Shown here one piece after another: positions 20,411-34,361 of a stretch of 64,000 bases of DNA (position 1 is the stretch's first letter; every line of letters starts with the position of its first letter). The stretch comes from the human T2T-CHM13v2.0 reference genome, Homo sapiens. The notes beneath the pieces are model-generated. The model searched no databases. It worked only from the letters and a program-made list of their open reading frames with translations, and was not told the origin of the DNA. The stretch lies in the NCBI RefSeq assembly GCF_009914755.1, contig NC_060942.1; one strand, 5' to 3'. The position numbers and the translations under genes were made by a program.

Positions 20411-23400
20411 TAAGATAAAACAGACTTTAAATTAAAAGTATTAAAATTAAAATGGTAAAGGGATCAATTTAGCAAGGAGAGGCAATAACAATCCTGAATA
20501 CATATGCATCTAACATTAGAGCACCCAAATTTACAAAATAATTATTACTAGACCTAAATATGTAGATAAACAGAAATGCAGTAATAGTTGGGCATTCAAC
20601 ACCTCACTCATAGCAGCAGACAAATCATCAAGACAGAAAATTAACAAAAAATGTTGGACTTAAATCTGACAGTAGACCAAATAGGCTTAACAGACATTTA
20701 CAGAACATTCTGTGCAACAGCTGAAGAATATACATTTTTTCTTCAGTAGATGGAACATTCTTCAAGATAGACTACGTTTGGCCACAAAATAAGTCTTAAC
20801 AAATTTTTAAAAATCATACCAAGTATCTTCTCATGACACAGTAGAATAAAGCCAGACATCAATACCAAGGGAAACTTTGGAATCTGTACAAATACATGGA
20901 AATAAGCTGCATGCTCCTGAATGATCATTGGGTCAACAAAGAAATTCAAACAGAAATTTAAATTGTTTGGAAATAAATAAAAATGAAAATATGACATACC
21001 AAAACCTGTGGGATACAGCAAACGCAGTGCTAAGAGGGAAGTTTATACCATGAAATGCCTAATCAGAAAAGTAGAAAGAGCACAAATTAACAACCTAACA
21101 TCACACTTCAAGGAAATAGAAAAGCAAGATCAATCCAAACCCCAGGTTAGCAAAAGAAAGGGAATAACACAGATCAGAACAGAACTAAATGGAATAGAGA
21201 CAAAAAAAAGAATCAACAAAATGAAAAGTTGGTTCCTCAAAAAGATAAACAAAATTGATAAACCACTAGCAGACTCACCAAGAAGATAGAACATCCAAAT
21301 AAAAATGTTCAGAAATGAAAAAAGGAAACATTTCAACTAATACTACATAAATGTGAGATCATCAGAGACTATTATGCACAGCTATATGCTCACAAACTAG
21401 AAAACCTGAAATGGATAAATTTCTGGAAACATACAACCTCCCTAGACTGAACCAGAAAGAAATAGAACTTGTGAACAAACCAATAACAAATATTGAGATT
21501 GAATCAGTAATAACAATTTCCCACTCCGAAAAAAGCCCAGGACCAGATGGATTCACAGATATATGTATGAATTCTATTAAACATACAATGAAGAACTAAT
21601 ACCAATCTTCCTGAAACTATTCTGAAAAATCAAGGAGGAGTGAATTCTCCCTAACTCATTCTGTGAGGCCACCCTGATACCAAAACCAGAAAAAAATACA
21701 ACAAAAATAAAACTACAGACCAACATACCTGATGAACATAGACACAAAATCCTCAAGAAAATACTAGCAAATCCAATCCAACAGCACATCAAAAGGATAA
21801 TACACCATATCAGATGGAATTTATCCTAGGGATGTGAGGATGCTTCAACATATGCAAATCAATAAATGTGATACACTGCATAAACAAAATTAAGGACAAA
21901 AACCATATGATTATCTCAATAGACACAGAAAAATCATCTGATAAAATTTAACATCCATTCATGATAAAAATCTTCAACAAATTAGGCAGAGAAATAACAA
22001 ACCTTAACATAATAATGCCCATTAATGACAACCCAACAGGCAACATCATATTGAATGGGGAATATGTGAAAGCATTCCCTCTAAGAAGTGAAACAAGACA
22101 AGGATGCCCACTTTCACTACTCTTATTCAACATAGTACTGGAAGTCCTTGTCAGAGCAATTGGGCAAGAAATACAAATAAAACGCATCAAAATTGGAAAA
22201 GAGAATGGTGTGTTTTCCCTGTTTGCTGATGATAAGACCTTCTATCTAGAAAAGTCTAAAGACTCCATCAGAAACTCTTCGATTTGATAAATGAACTCAG
22301 TAAAGTTTCTGGATACAAATCAATGTACAGAAATCAGTAGTGTTTCTATACAACAATAATGATCTTGCCGAGGACTGAATCAATAAAGCAATCCCACTTA
22401 CAATAACTACAAAAAAAATCTAGAAAGATATTTAACCAAGGAGGTAAAAGATCTTTATAAGGAAAATTATAAAACACTGGTGAAATTGTAGGTGACACAA
22501 AGAAATGAAAAAAAAATCCCATGCTCATAGATTGGAAGAATTAATATTGCTGTAATGGCCATACTGCCCAAAGCAATCTACAAGTTCAATTCAATCTCTA
22601 TCAAAATACCAGTGTCATTTTTCACAGAATGATTAAAAAAATTATAAAGTTCATTAGAAATCAAAAAGAACTCAAATAGCCAGAGCAAACCTAAGCAAGA
22701 AGAACAAAGCCGAAGGCATCACATTGCCTGACTTCAAATTATACTACAAAGCCATAGTAACCAAAAGAGCATGGGACTGTTTTTTTTTAAAAAAAGACAT
22801 ACATACATAGATTAATGGAACAGAATAGAGAACTGAGAAATAAGGCCACATACTTAGAGCCAACTAATCTTTGACAAAGTTGATAAGAATGTACACTGGG
22901 GAAAGGACACTTTTTTCAATAAATGATGCTAGAGAAATTGGACTGCCATATGCAGAAGAATGAAACTAGACCCCTATCTCTCACCATACACAAAAATCCA
23001 CTCAAGATGGATTAGAGACTTAAATGTAAGACCTGAAACTGCAAAAATACTAGAAGAAAATCTAGGGAAAACTCTTCTAGACATTAGTTTAAGCAAATAA
23101 TTTATGACTAAGGCCTCAAAAGCACAGGCATCAACAATAAAATTAGACAGATAAGACTTAATTAAACTAAAAGGCTTCTGCAAAGCAAAAGAAATAATCA
23201 ACAGAGTGAACAGTACAAACTCTTCGAAAAACAGTGTGGAGATTTCTCAAAGAATTAAAAACAGGACTACTATATGATCCAGCAATCCCACTACTGGGTA
23301 CCTACACAAAAGAAAAGAAATCATTATATCAAAAAGATATCTACACTTGTATGTCTATTGCAGCATCAAGATAGGAAAGATATGGAATCAACCTAAGTGT

Positions 23401-23927
23401 CCATCAGTGGAGGACTGGATAAAGAAAATGTGGTGCATATACACAGCAAAATACTATTTAGCCATTTTTTCTTATTATAAAAAATAAGCCATTTATTACC
23501 ATTTGCTTTTCTAAAAAACACAAATGTGAGAATAAAATAAACACACCCAAGACTCACTAGCCTTTGAAGAACAGGAAGCAGCCCTGGACAGAGAGCCTGC
23601 AAATGTGTTTCCTTATACCTAAAATGTCTGAACTTCCTCACACATTCTAGGGTTTCATGTTTTATTACCTCTTACAAAGGAAAGGAAACTGTCTGGAAGA
23701 TTCATGTTCAAGAAAGTTACAACAACTTTAAAGCTATGCGGCCTGTACAATCTCGTTTGCCACTCTGGGAAACAATATCAAAAAAGCACTGTCAAGTACT
23801 ACTCCCAGACAACCTTTATTGTCATTGTTCTTTGAAGTTATCTTTGGGACTGGTTATGTTCTCTCACTGTAGCTTTTGTGTATTTCAGAGCACAAACCCT
23901 AAAGTCTCCAGTTTAAAGCACAGTCTC

Positions 23928-24233
23928 AGCCAGGAGCAGTGGCTCACACCTGTAATCCCAGCACTTTGGGAAGTCGAGATGGGTGGACCACCTGAGGTCA
24001 GGAGTTCAAGACCAGCCTCGCCAACATGGCGAAACCCTGTCTCTACTAAAAATACAAAAAATTTAGCCAGGCGTGGTGGCAGGTGCCTGTAATCCCAGCT
24101 ACTCAGGAGGCTAAGGCAGAAGAATCTCTTGAACCTGGGAGGCAGTGGTTGCAGTGAGCCGAGATCACGACATTGCACTCTAGCCCTGGAGACAAGAGCA
24201 AAACTCTGTCCAAAAAAATAAAAAATAATAAAA
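23928..24233 (+). mobile_element. AluS (Sq-like) inside the BOD1 retrocopy 3' UTR
   Basis: Full dimer with A tail. TSD TAAAGCACAGTCTC at 23914-23927 and 24234-24247. Confidence 0.93.
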
Positions 24234-24499
24234 TAAAGCACAGTCTCCATGTTCAAGTATAAAAGTCTGTTTCAGGACAACCCCAGGTTGCTGTATTGTT
24301 TCTTTGTATCTCTGTAGTGTCTACTGGGTGCTGCACCCTTGGACAGGCTGGCCAAATGGTAGCACAATGCAGGGGACCACTCTGTCAACTTCCCCACTGC
24401 CAAACTCACACCCCATTCAAACTGGACATGGCCCACAGTCAAAGCTGAAATCTTGAAATCGGTGAGACTTTGTTCCATTTTAATTCTGAAGTTGCACTT

Positions 24500-24944
24500 T
24501 GTGATGGTTAATACTGAATGCCAACTTGATCGGATAGAAGAATGCAAAGTATTGTTCCTGGGTATGCCTGTGAGGGTGTTGCCAAAGGAGATTAACATTT
24601 GAGTCAGTGGATGGGAAAGGCAGACCCACCCTTAATCTGGGTGGGCACCATCTAATCAGCTGCCAGCACTGCCAGAATAAAAGCAGGCAGAAGACCGTGA
24701 AAAGAGTAGACTGACTTAGCCTCTGAGCCGACATCTTTCTCCTGTGCTGGAGCTTCCTGCCCTCAAACATCAGACTCCAAGTTCTTCAGCTTTGGGACTG
24801 GGACTGACTTCCTTGCTCCTCAGTTTGCAGACCACCTGTTGTGGGACCCTGCAATCCTGTGAGTTAATACTCCTTAATAAACTCTCCTTTACATATACAT
24901 CTATCCTATTAGTTCTGTCCCTCTAGAGAAGTCTGGTTAATACA
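24500..24944 (+). mobile_element. MLT2A (ERVL) solo LTR inside the BOD1 retrocopy 3' UTR
   Basis: tgtgatggttaatactga...caacttgat...ttaataca with TG...CA termini. 5-bp TSD CACTT at 24495-24499 and 24945-24949. AATAAA at 24876. Confidence 0.88.
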
Positions 24945-26612
24945 CACTTTTATGTAACCGAAGCCACTTCTTCACCAATAATCAAATGTAACTTTCAAAA
25001 GGTGTCAGGGATATTCTTGGGAAGTGCTCTGGGGTAGAGCTGGAGTGTCCTGGCCCTTTGGGCTCTGGTCGGGGAGCTGGCGCTGCTGCTTTTTTTCCTG
25101 GCCTCCAGAAACTCATGAATTGCTCCTTCCACTGGTGGCCTGAGGATGTGGTTTAATTTTGGATCCACTGTCTGAGAAATAACCCTGTCTACTCCAGCTT
25201 CCAGTGTCCCTGACTGAACCTCACTCTGCGTCTGATCATTTCCCAATAGGCTTTTGTGCATCGTAGGATTCCAGTCCTGCTCATCCAGGTGTACAGACAC
25301 CGAATGCTCAGCTTTCCGCCTCGGGTTTTGGTAAGCTGGTTTGGTGTCCATGGGGGCCTGGCTCTTGAGCTGCTCCAGGCTGAGAGCAGCGAGCTGCGGG
25401 TTCCCGGGAGGCAGCGAGGCGGGTTGATGGGGCCGCCCTCCCGCCTAAGCCTGGCCAGCTCCACCACCACCGACCACGATGGCTGCGCCCCGGGCCGCGA
25501 GGAAGATGGAACACAGCTTCTTCTCCAGGACCGAGAGCCCAGAATGTGTAGAGGGGCAGAGGGGGCAGAGGATGAGCTGGAAGAGGGTCCCAAGGAGGCA
25601 GCGGCAGAGGTGATGGTGGTGGCGGCCAGCTCTGAGATAGTGGAAGTGGTGGTAGAGGCCATGGAAACCGCCTCTATTTAGCCATTTAAAAAGAACGAAA
25701 TCATGTCTTTTGCAGCAAGATGGACGGAACTGGAGGCCATTATCTTAAGTGAAACAACTCAGACACAGAAGGATGAACATCACATGTTCTTGCTTAGACG
25801 TAGGAGCTAAATAAGTGCACACACGGAAGCAGGTGTGTAATGATGGACAATGGAGACTCGCAGGCTGGAGGCGTTGGAAGGGGGTGGGTAATGGGAGGTT
25901 GCCTGATGGGTAGAATGTGCTTGCTTCAGTGATTAATACACTGAAGGCCCTAACTTCACCACAATGCAATATATCAATGTAGCAAAATTGCCCTTGCATC
26001 CCATGATTGTATATACAAATAAAAAAATAAAGACCAGACTAAAAGGGACCCCCTCACCTTCATCTGTGCCCATGCCTAAAAAGCAGCTCAGTTCAGAATA
26101 CACATTGGGAAGTTTGAAAGTACAAATCGATTCCACATTTGGTGAGTAGGAATCATGTTTAAGGCACTGTGCTACAGTGTGAGTACAAAAATTATTATTA
26201 AGTCACGGTGCTTGCCCTACAAGGATTTATAAGCTAAATCCTAACAGGGGAGATGGACTCTTCAGTAGATAATTGCAAGAATATATGGCAGGTAATACGA
26301 TAAAGCCATCTCTGGGAGCTTTCAGTACACAAAAAACTGTGTTTAGACAGGACTAAGTGTTGAAATAATGAAAATGTAGAGATGTGATAAATACTTCCAG
26401 AAAGACAAGATGCTCAAGGGATTCATAAAGGTGAATAAAAGTTTCCAGGATAAAAGAGGTTGAGGAAATTGTGGTAGACAGAGATCTGCATGATCACAGA
26501 TACAAAGAAGTGAAATCAAAGAGAAATTGCAAGTATTTTAGGACTACTAGAGTATAAAATTGTTGGGTGGAAGCTGGCGGGAGATAGAGCCAGACAGGAA
26601 GAGGGAGGCTAC

Positions 26613-27115
26613 TGTCAGAAGAACAAAATTACAACAAATTTAGTCTAAACATCTCAATTAGCTTTATTGTAATCCTAGAGTCGGCCAACACTTCATTCCA
26701 TAAAATAGAATAAGTGTTCCAGTGGGTAAACGTTGTTGACTTTATAGACAGAAAAAAGATTGAAGAAAGCAAATACAAAGGACAAAAAGCAGATTGGTCA
26801 TTTCAAAGTTACTTTCCTCTTCAGGTGGGGATGGCCAGGCAGAAAAATAGAAAAATAATAGATTAATTAACATAAGATTACTTCAGGTTAGTCAAGGATT
26901 AAAACAGAGAGAATGTCATTATTAAGCCCACCGAACATTGAAAGTGGCCTGTTTGGAAAATTGTTGTTGATGTCTCCTGATTTCTTAAAAGATAACAACT
27001 TACTTTTGGTTTGGTGAGCATTGGTGACTTCATTTTTATTTTTAGTCTGATCTATTGAGGACCTAGTGCAGGAGCTTAGTCCAAAACAATGACTCCCTGT
27101 AATTGTTATTTAACA
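26613..27115 (-). mobile_element. ERV1 solo LTR (MER67/MER31-like)
   Basis: Minus strand starts tgttaaataa...cattgttttggactaagctcctgcactagg. TG...CA termini, approximate 4-bp TSD ctac/ttac. Confidence 0.7.
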
Positions 27116-28586
27116 TTACCATTTACAAATTATTTTTGTTATATGAAAACTGAAAAAAAATTAAAGACAGTAATTTAGAAAGTCTATTTAAAACAATGGT
27201 TTTTCTTTTCTTCCATTTCTATAGTTCTTAAATATTCCATTGAAATATATTTTCCTCCATGGAAAATTTCTGGTCTCCTTCACCATTTTGTATTTTATTA
27301 AGTCTTTTACTTTTGACTTTATATTGTAAGCATTTGCATAAAGAACATTTACCTTTCTTCCCTTTCCTACATCGTAAAACCATCCTGAAAATAAGGGTTT
27401 TTACACAGTGCCTAGGATCATAAGTTCTCAATGCAATGAATTTGTGTGGTACTTTGAACTTTTCTAAGCACATCCATTCACACTTATATTTGTAAATGAA
27501 CTCCCTTAACATGACACGTTTTTCCCTCTATAAGGAGCTCAACACACTTTTTCTCCAATTCTAAAGAGGTGTTTTTTTGTTTTGTTTTGTTTTGTTTTCA
27601 TGAGTCAAGGACAAGGGGCAGTCCTAAGAGATCTATAACTAGATCTTTAACCAAAGGATACAGCTTTTAAGAGATTGGATGTAGCTTTATGGAAAGAAGT
27701 ATAAAGAGAATTGGATTGGAGAAAAAAATTACATTTTCTTGTAACTTTCCTGCACAGGATCAATCTTTTGATAATTCTCACCCTATTATGCCCATGGTAT
27801 GAGAAGACCTTGTGGGAGATTACCCCTATTGTAGGAAGGCAAGAAAAAAGAACGATTAAGAAAAAACACAAATCAGATGTAGAGGAGAATATTCAGGTTT
27901 TCTACCACTAGTCTAGGAAAGAAGCTTATCTTGATTGATTTACTAGGTGAAGAAACCACATAGTAAGTCTGTAATTGCTGTCTAGCTGTGTTAAGGGATG
28001 CATTTGCCTAGATAGTTTTCCATTCATTTAGTGCTTGGAACTCCACAGGGCCTAATTTGATGATACCAACATTCTGTTACCAAAATGGAACTGGTATCAT
28101 GATCCTTTTTCTCTGAAATAATATAAACAAGCACCAGAAAGGTAAGGTTATTTGCTTAAGGTCACAAATCTAATTAGTTTTGAACAAATGTCAGCATCAG
28201 AGTGATTTATAATCATTTATATTATTTCAACATAAATGCTAATTTTCAATAAACTTTTAATTTAATGAAAATAAAAATAAACAATTTGAGACAAACCAGA
28301 ATACTAAGCTACTACAAAAGAAAAACTACTTTACAAAATGATGGAGGGTATTTTTATTGTGTGAGATTTTGTTTTGTTTTTTTCCTAAAACCATAGCAAA
28401 ATTGACTTCATCACTCAATTCAAATAAAGAATCCTCTTTGAAAGTTTGGCTAGCATTTCCAGGAAATCATATATTTTAATTGTTTAATTGGTGTTTAATT
28501 GCACCAGTTTTAACTGTTCCGATGCCACAGAGTGCCTATCTTTGAAAAAGATTGAGGTTCTCAATACCTACATTTTCTGCAAATTA

Positions 28587-28826
28587 CAGTCATGCTGAGT
28601 TACATGCGTTGGTGACTGGGTCCAGGACTCCCCAACTATACCAAATTCTATGCATACTCAAGATTTGCAGGCCCTGTGAAATCTGAATATACAAAGTTGG
28701 CCTTCTATACCCACAGTTTTCAAATCTCATGAATACCGTATTTTTGATCCACATTTGGTTGAAAAAAAAAATCCATGTACAAGTGGACCCGCTCAGTTCA
28801 AATCCATATTTTTCAAGGATCAACTA
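28587..28826. mobile_element. MER8-like Tigger (TcMar) MITE
   Basis: ~240 bp with degenerate CAGT...ACTG-type termini, TA flanks, and internal gtggacccgctcagttcaaatcc. Confidence 0.7.
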
Positions 28827-29914
28827 TATTTCTTTTTAATATTTATGTGCATTGTGGTTACAAAATAGGGTTACTTTTCATTTAGACCAAAACTACGAAA
28901 AATTTACTTAATTTCATGCTAAATATACATGTTTGGTCTTGAAAGCAAATACACCCCAATACACATAAATATACCTGTGTATGGTGCTTGTGAGCACGCA
29001 CACTCATACACATTGCTACATCGAGCAAAAAACTTACTCTTTTCCACATTCATCTGAGCATTCTTCTCTTCTTTTCCTTTCTTTCTTTCACTCACTTCTT
29101 TTATTTCACGGTTGTATTTAAAATTGTTCAGGAATGAAGAGGCAGAAGCTTGGTGGAGGTGGGGAAGAGATTGGTGTAGACAGATTAAAGGAGGACAGCA
29201 AAAAGATGGATGAAAAAGAAAAGAGATGAAGAATTGTTGCCTAATAACATTGGGCTCCTTTATTACCCATGTCAAGCATAATTTTCAGTGACTATGATCC
29301 TGGCAAAATTTCCTCACCAGAAAACACTGTATATCAGAGAGCATATCAGTGGAGTAAGTAGTTTCTCAAGGTTGCTTTCAAGGTTATGATTCTGAAACAA
29401 ATCAAAGTGAAAGTCAGATTTTAGCTCCTATATTTGATCCCAATGTCATAAATGCTATCTGTAACTGGTACATTATTACTGGTACCAAAGTATGTGGATT
29501 AGGAATTCATAGAATCAGGGGACCTCTGGTCTCCAAAAGATGTAGTCCAATGCTCCTGCAGTTAGAAAAAAGAGTGAATAAATGACAAAAAGCAGCCTTT
29601 AAATAAAGCAGATTGGAGTAGAGGGAATAGGAGTTAGATGAACTGGAATTGCAGCAACAGGGGAGGGCCTTCCAGAGTGTGTTATCTGGGTGAAGTCGGA
29701 GGAAAATGATATCAGCAAGGATTTTGGCAGGCAGGTGGACTGAGTGGAAATGAGGCCAGTTTCTGCCTAGAGGACTCTTGTTGAATTCTGGCACTACCCA
29801 TTGTAGGCCAGGGAACCAAGGGCTTTGAAGGCAGAGTGAAATTTCCCATAACCTTATGATGCTTATGAAACAAAATTCCTTTATAAAGATTAAGCTTGTC
29901 TCAAACATATGAAG

Positions 29915-30502
29915 CAATTTGGAACTCTCATATATTACTAGCAGGAGGATAGGTTAAAACTACCACATTAGAAACCTCTTTCACAGGATCTACTAAAGTA
30001 AATATATATATACATTGTAACCCAGAAATTCTACTTCTGGGAAATTACCCAAGAGAAATGGCATGTACCCACCCAAAGATATGTATAAGAGTATTTACAG
30101 CAGCTTTATTTGTAATAGCCAAAATTGGTGGGAGGAGACCCTTGGTCAATGGTAGAATGGATAAGTAAGTAGTGGTATATTTAAACAAGAGAGCAAATAG
30201 ATAGGACAAATTGCCACTGTTTGCGATAACATGAGGGAATCTTTCAGACAAAATATTTAGGAAACAATACCCCACCAAAAGAGTGTGTACTGCATGATTC
30301 TGTTTATATGAAGTTCACAAACAAATCTAAGATTATATAGGTCAGTTATTGTTTAGTTTGGGGGAGGTATCAACTGGCAGGGACTTAAGGAAATGTGTTA
30401 TGGTGGAGAAAATGTTGTATATCAAACTAGTGGTATTTACCTGGTTATATTCTTATATAAAAATTCATCATGCTGTGCACTGAAGTAAAGCCTCAATAAA
30501 AA
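29915..30502 (+). mobile_element. Ancient L1 (L1ME/MD-like) 3' fragment
   Basis: acccagaaattctacttctggga...ccaagagaaatg...cagcagctttatttgtaatagccaaaa, ending near ctcaataaaa. Confidence 0.7.
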
Positions 30503-31514
30503 TACCACAGATTCATTTAACTTTACAACTAGAAAGAAGCTTAGTGGTCACCTTAGCCAACTTCTGTTTCACAGATGAGGAAACTAAGGCTTAGAAAAAT
30601 TACAAAGCTTGTTAGTGTCACACAGGTAACATCCATTTGGTCAACAAGTGCTTGCTCTTTGCTTAGGATACAGGTTAATCAAGAAAGACCTATACCTGCT
30701 TTCATGAAGCCTACTCCTTAGTTATGGAAAGATAAATTAAATAATATAAAAATAGAGATATAATTGCCTATTGCGATACATTTTTTTGAAGGACTATCAC
30801 AAAGTGTTTTAGTAACTATACATGGAATTGGAACCCAGATCACTTGACTCAGAGTGGTGAGCTCTTGACTTCAACAATACTGCCTTTTTTGGAACTCTCA
30901 TACATTACCGTAAACTTTAAATTTTGCAAAACTAGAAACAAATTCTAGATCTACATATATTTATTTTTTCTGATTTCAAAGGTGAACCTTTAATTGTAAA
31001 GCATAAGCAAAGCAGTAAACAAATTTAAAGGGATGGCTCTGCCAAAACTTGCCAAAAATATCTAGTCTCAGGAGGGAAGGTACTGATAAAATTACTGGAC
31101 TTGATATTTGTCTCCTGCATTTTAAATCTCAGTTCTTTAGGTTTATAAGTTGTACGGACTAGCAATAGTCTCTGTACCACTTTTCCTTAGTACAGCAGCC
31201 TCCAGTACCTGTTCATGTGATATTTCTGTGGATTCAATGGGTATAAATTAGCCAGTTTAGAAAACAGAACTGAAATTAAATCAATCGCAAGCCAGCTAAG
31301 ATAGCCACAATAAAATTAAAATACACAACACATCTGATTTCTTAACCAACTCACAGTCAATTACTTTGGCATTTGTTTTGAAAGACATCACCTACTGCTC
31401 AATACCTGGTTGAGGCAGATTGTCTCTTCAGAAAGCCTGGTCCAATTTTTCTACAACAAGATACAAATAATTAGTAACCTCAGTTTTCTTTGATAGGAAG
31501 CACTGTAACATCAT

Positions 31515-31936
31515 TGTCTTAACTTCGGTCCCCTTAGAAATAGATCCTGAGACAAGAATTTAAGAGAAAGTAGCTCATAGGAAGCACCAATAGGAAAGTG
31601 GAGAAATGAGAGAGAAGGGGCTGCACACCAGGGACTTCATCAGGTTTCAACCAATGGGAGACCATGGGACACGCCTCAGAGTTGGCCCACCGGAGCGGTG
31701 AGAAGGCCGGAGTATTTATACACCATCTCCTATCCATTATTGTTGGAAGGCTGTCCTGGGGCCTTAGCTCCCTGGTAGTTCTAGCCAAGCCCTTGTGTAG
31801 GCTGAGCACACAGATATACCTAGAAAAGGCCCACAGGCAAAAAGTGACAGCTATTTGCAGCCAGAAGCCATCTCTGAATAAGGAAATGACACGTACTGAG
31901 GGCATACAGATGGGCGGCAACAACACTGGCTGCACA
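31515..31936 (-). mobile_element. ERVL LTR (LTR16-like)
   Basis: tgtcttaa...cagatcctgagacaagaattt-like start, ...gcctcagagtt...gtatttatacacca...; TG...CA ends. Confidence 0.6.
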
Positions 31937-32266
31937 TATAACTCAATTAGTGGAGCATTCATGCAAGAGCATCAGTTCTTAGACACAAGTGTCAGGCATG
32001 TAGTTAAAACACTGGTTAATTGATTAAGTAGAAATCAGCTAAGAAAAGAATAGTAACTTGCTTTAAAAATGGAAAAACACCATAGGAATAAAGCTATTCT
32101 TTTGTTCTCTTATTACTTAAACTATGTACCACTTGTGGCCTAAGTTGAATGATCAAAGGAATTGCTTTTCTGAGTAACAAAGTCACCCTAGGTCTTCACA
32201 TGCAGCAGGAGTCCTCCAGGTCAGCTTCAGTGGAAATAAGCTAACAGTGGGACACATAAGATGTCA

Positions 32267-32638
<372 letters not shown>

Positions 32639-33029
32639 TTAATGAAAGAAAAAATACTAAGTGGAAACTAAAGAAATTGCTAAACTTTAAATAACTCTGT
32701 ATCATATTAGTTTCCAAAACATTCCTCAAAGGTTAAGAAGAGGAATTATAAAATCTAATAAGGGATTGGCAACCTTGGAGTTCATTAACTAAATCATTCA
32801 ACTTGAGATCATATAAATTATCTTTCCTTTCTGACAGATAAAGTCATTAGCATGATGTCATTTCCCTGCCTACCTCCTGGTTTTTTTTATTATATTTTTT
32901 GTTATCAAGATATAACAATTTACATACTTCTTTTTGGCCATAATTTTCACAATTATGTATTATTCACTTTATATTTAGGTGAAGATACTGCTCTTCACTA
33001 GTCCTTTTGTTGCAGCCTCTCCATTCCTA

Positions 33030-33390
33030 AAGTCTTTATTTTTATTCATTTTTTTGTTGGCTGAAATTCATGGTCAAGCAGATTTTTCACAAAGAAATCT
33101 TGAGTACTTGTAATTCTTAATTTTTTTTAAATGTTTGCCTTTATTCTTAATTGATGTCTTGGCTGGGAATAATATCCTTCCCTCATACTTTCCTTTCTTC
33201 AGTGCTCCTTTATAGCCATTTCTCCCTTATATTAGAGTATTCAATGTTGCTAAGAAGTAATCTGATGCTAGCATGAAAATTTACCATCGTAAATGACTTG
33301 CTCACAGCCCAGAACATAATAACTTTTCTTTTATTCTGGTACTATTGCTGTTGAGCATTTTGTATCTATTTTCCTAGAATATGCTGTGGG
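33030..33390 (-). mobile_element. Ancient L1M/HAL1 fragment
   Basis: Degenerate motifs typical of antisense L1 ORF1-region sequence (cttggctgggaataatatcctt...aatgttgctaagaagtaatctgatgc). Confidence 0.4.
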
Positions 33391-33472
33391 GATTTATCTT
33401 CTTTCCTCCCTTCCTTCCTTCCCCTATTTTCTTCCTTTTTTTTAAATTTCTGTAAGGGAAAGTTTTCACTTT

Positions 33473-33784
<312 letters not shown>

Positions 33785-34361
33785 AAAGTTGCCACTTTCA
33801 TCTGAGAGGAGTCCCGTCTCCTATCTCACCTATTTCTTCCCAACAGCCATTTCCACTACACTGTAGCCAGAAGACAAAGGACAAAGTCACTCACTTTGTT
33901 TTTCTCACACCTGGATCAGGATTTTGTGTACTTACTAATATGGTTTCTGAGGAATGGAGGAAAGATTAGTAGTATTCTCATACCCTACTGTGCTCTTCTA
34001 TTTTGTTCCCTCTGAAGTTTCTTGTTTCTTTCCTTAGCTACCACATTTTAGTTGAATGGCATTGAGTTTTTTCTATTGAATGTTTTCACTGACTCTTTAC
34101 TATTTTTGTTAAATTTCTTATGCAGAAATGTTTTATCTAAAGCAGTTGCATTCTTACATCTTAACACTGATACATCTAGAATTTATATTCTTAAAATCCC
34201 TAGAATTTATATTCTTAAATTTTGTGTTCAGATGCTCACAGGGTTTGAGATTACTGATTTCATGTATTTTTGTGCACAATAGTGCTCACTTTCTCCATCT
34301 AGGTTATATTTATTCTCCCTGAGCCTCAGTGTGACTTTATCTGCAAAAGGAGAATAAGATC

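Larger units (their letters stand above)
23468..25673 (-). pseudogene. BOD1 (biorientation of chromosomes in cell division 1) processed pseudogene with 5' UTR, CDS and 3' UTR
   Basis: ORF 24995-25351 (DTKPAYQN...WNPTM...QSGTLEAGVDRVISQTVDPKLNHILRP...AIHEFL) and upstream GGPINP match BOD1. It is intronless. The ancestral ATG appears as ATC (25480-25478), with frameshifts and a deletion. A T-rich tail remnant lies at ~23466. The 14-bp TSD CTATTTAGCCATTT is at 23454-23467 and 25674-25687, at a TTT/AAAA L1-endonuclease site. Confidence 0.93.

Noticed and set aside
23736-24256. 118-aa and 123-aa ORFs
   Set aside because: Largely Alu-derived translations.
25189-25681. 157-aa minus ORF (25189-25662) and 141-aa plus ORF (25256-25681)
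   Set aside because: GC-rich shadow frames of the BOD1 retrocopy 5' UTR/CDS. They are mostly out of frame or antisense to BOD1 and low in complexity.
31534-32023. Overlapping 142-aa and 119-aa ORFs
   Set aside because: Inside an LTR16-like element, with no recognisable protein similarity.
34176-34219. Short tandem duplications (here, and at ~51560-51586 and ~55449-55477)
   Set aside because: Two-copy slippage duplications, which are common. There is no spacer structure, so they are not CRISPR-like.
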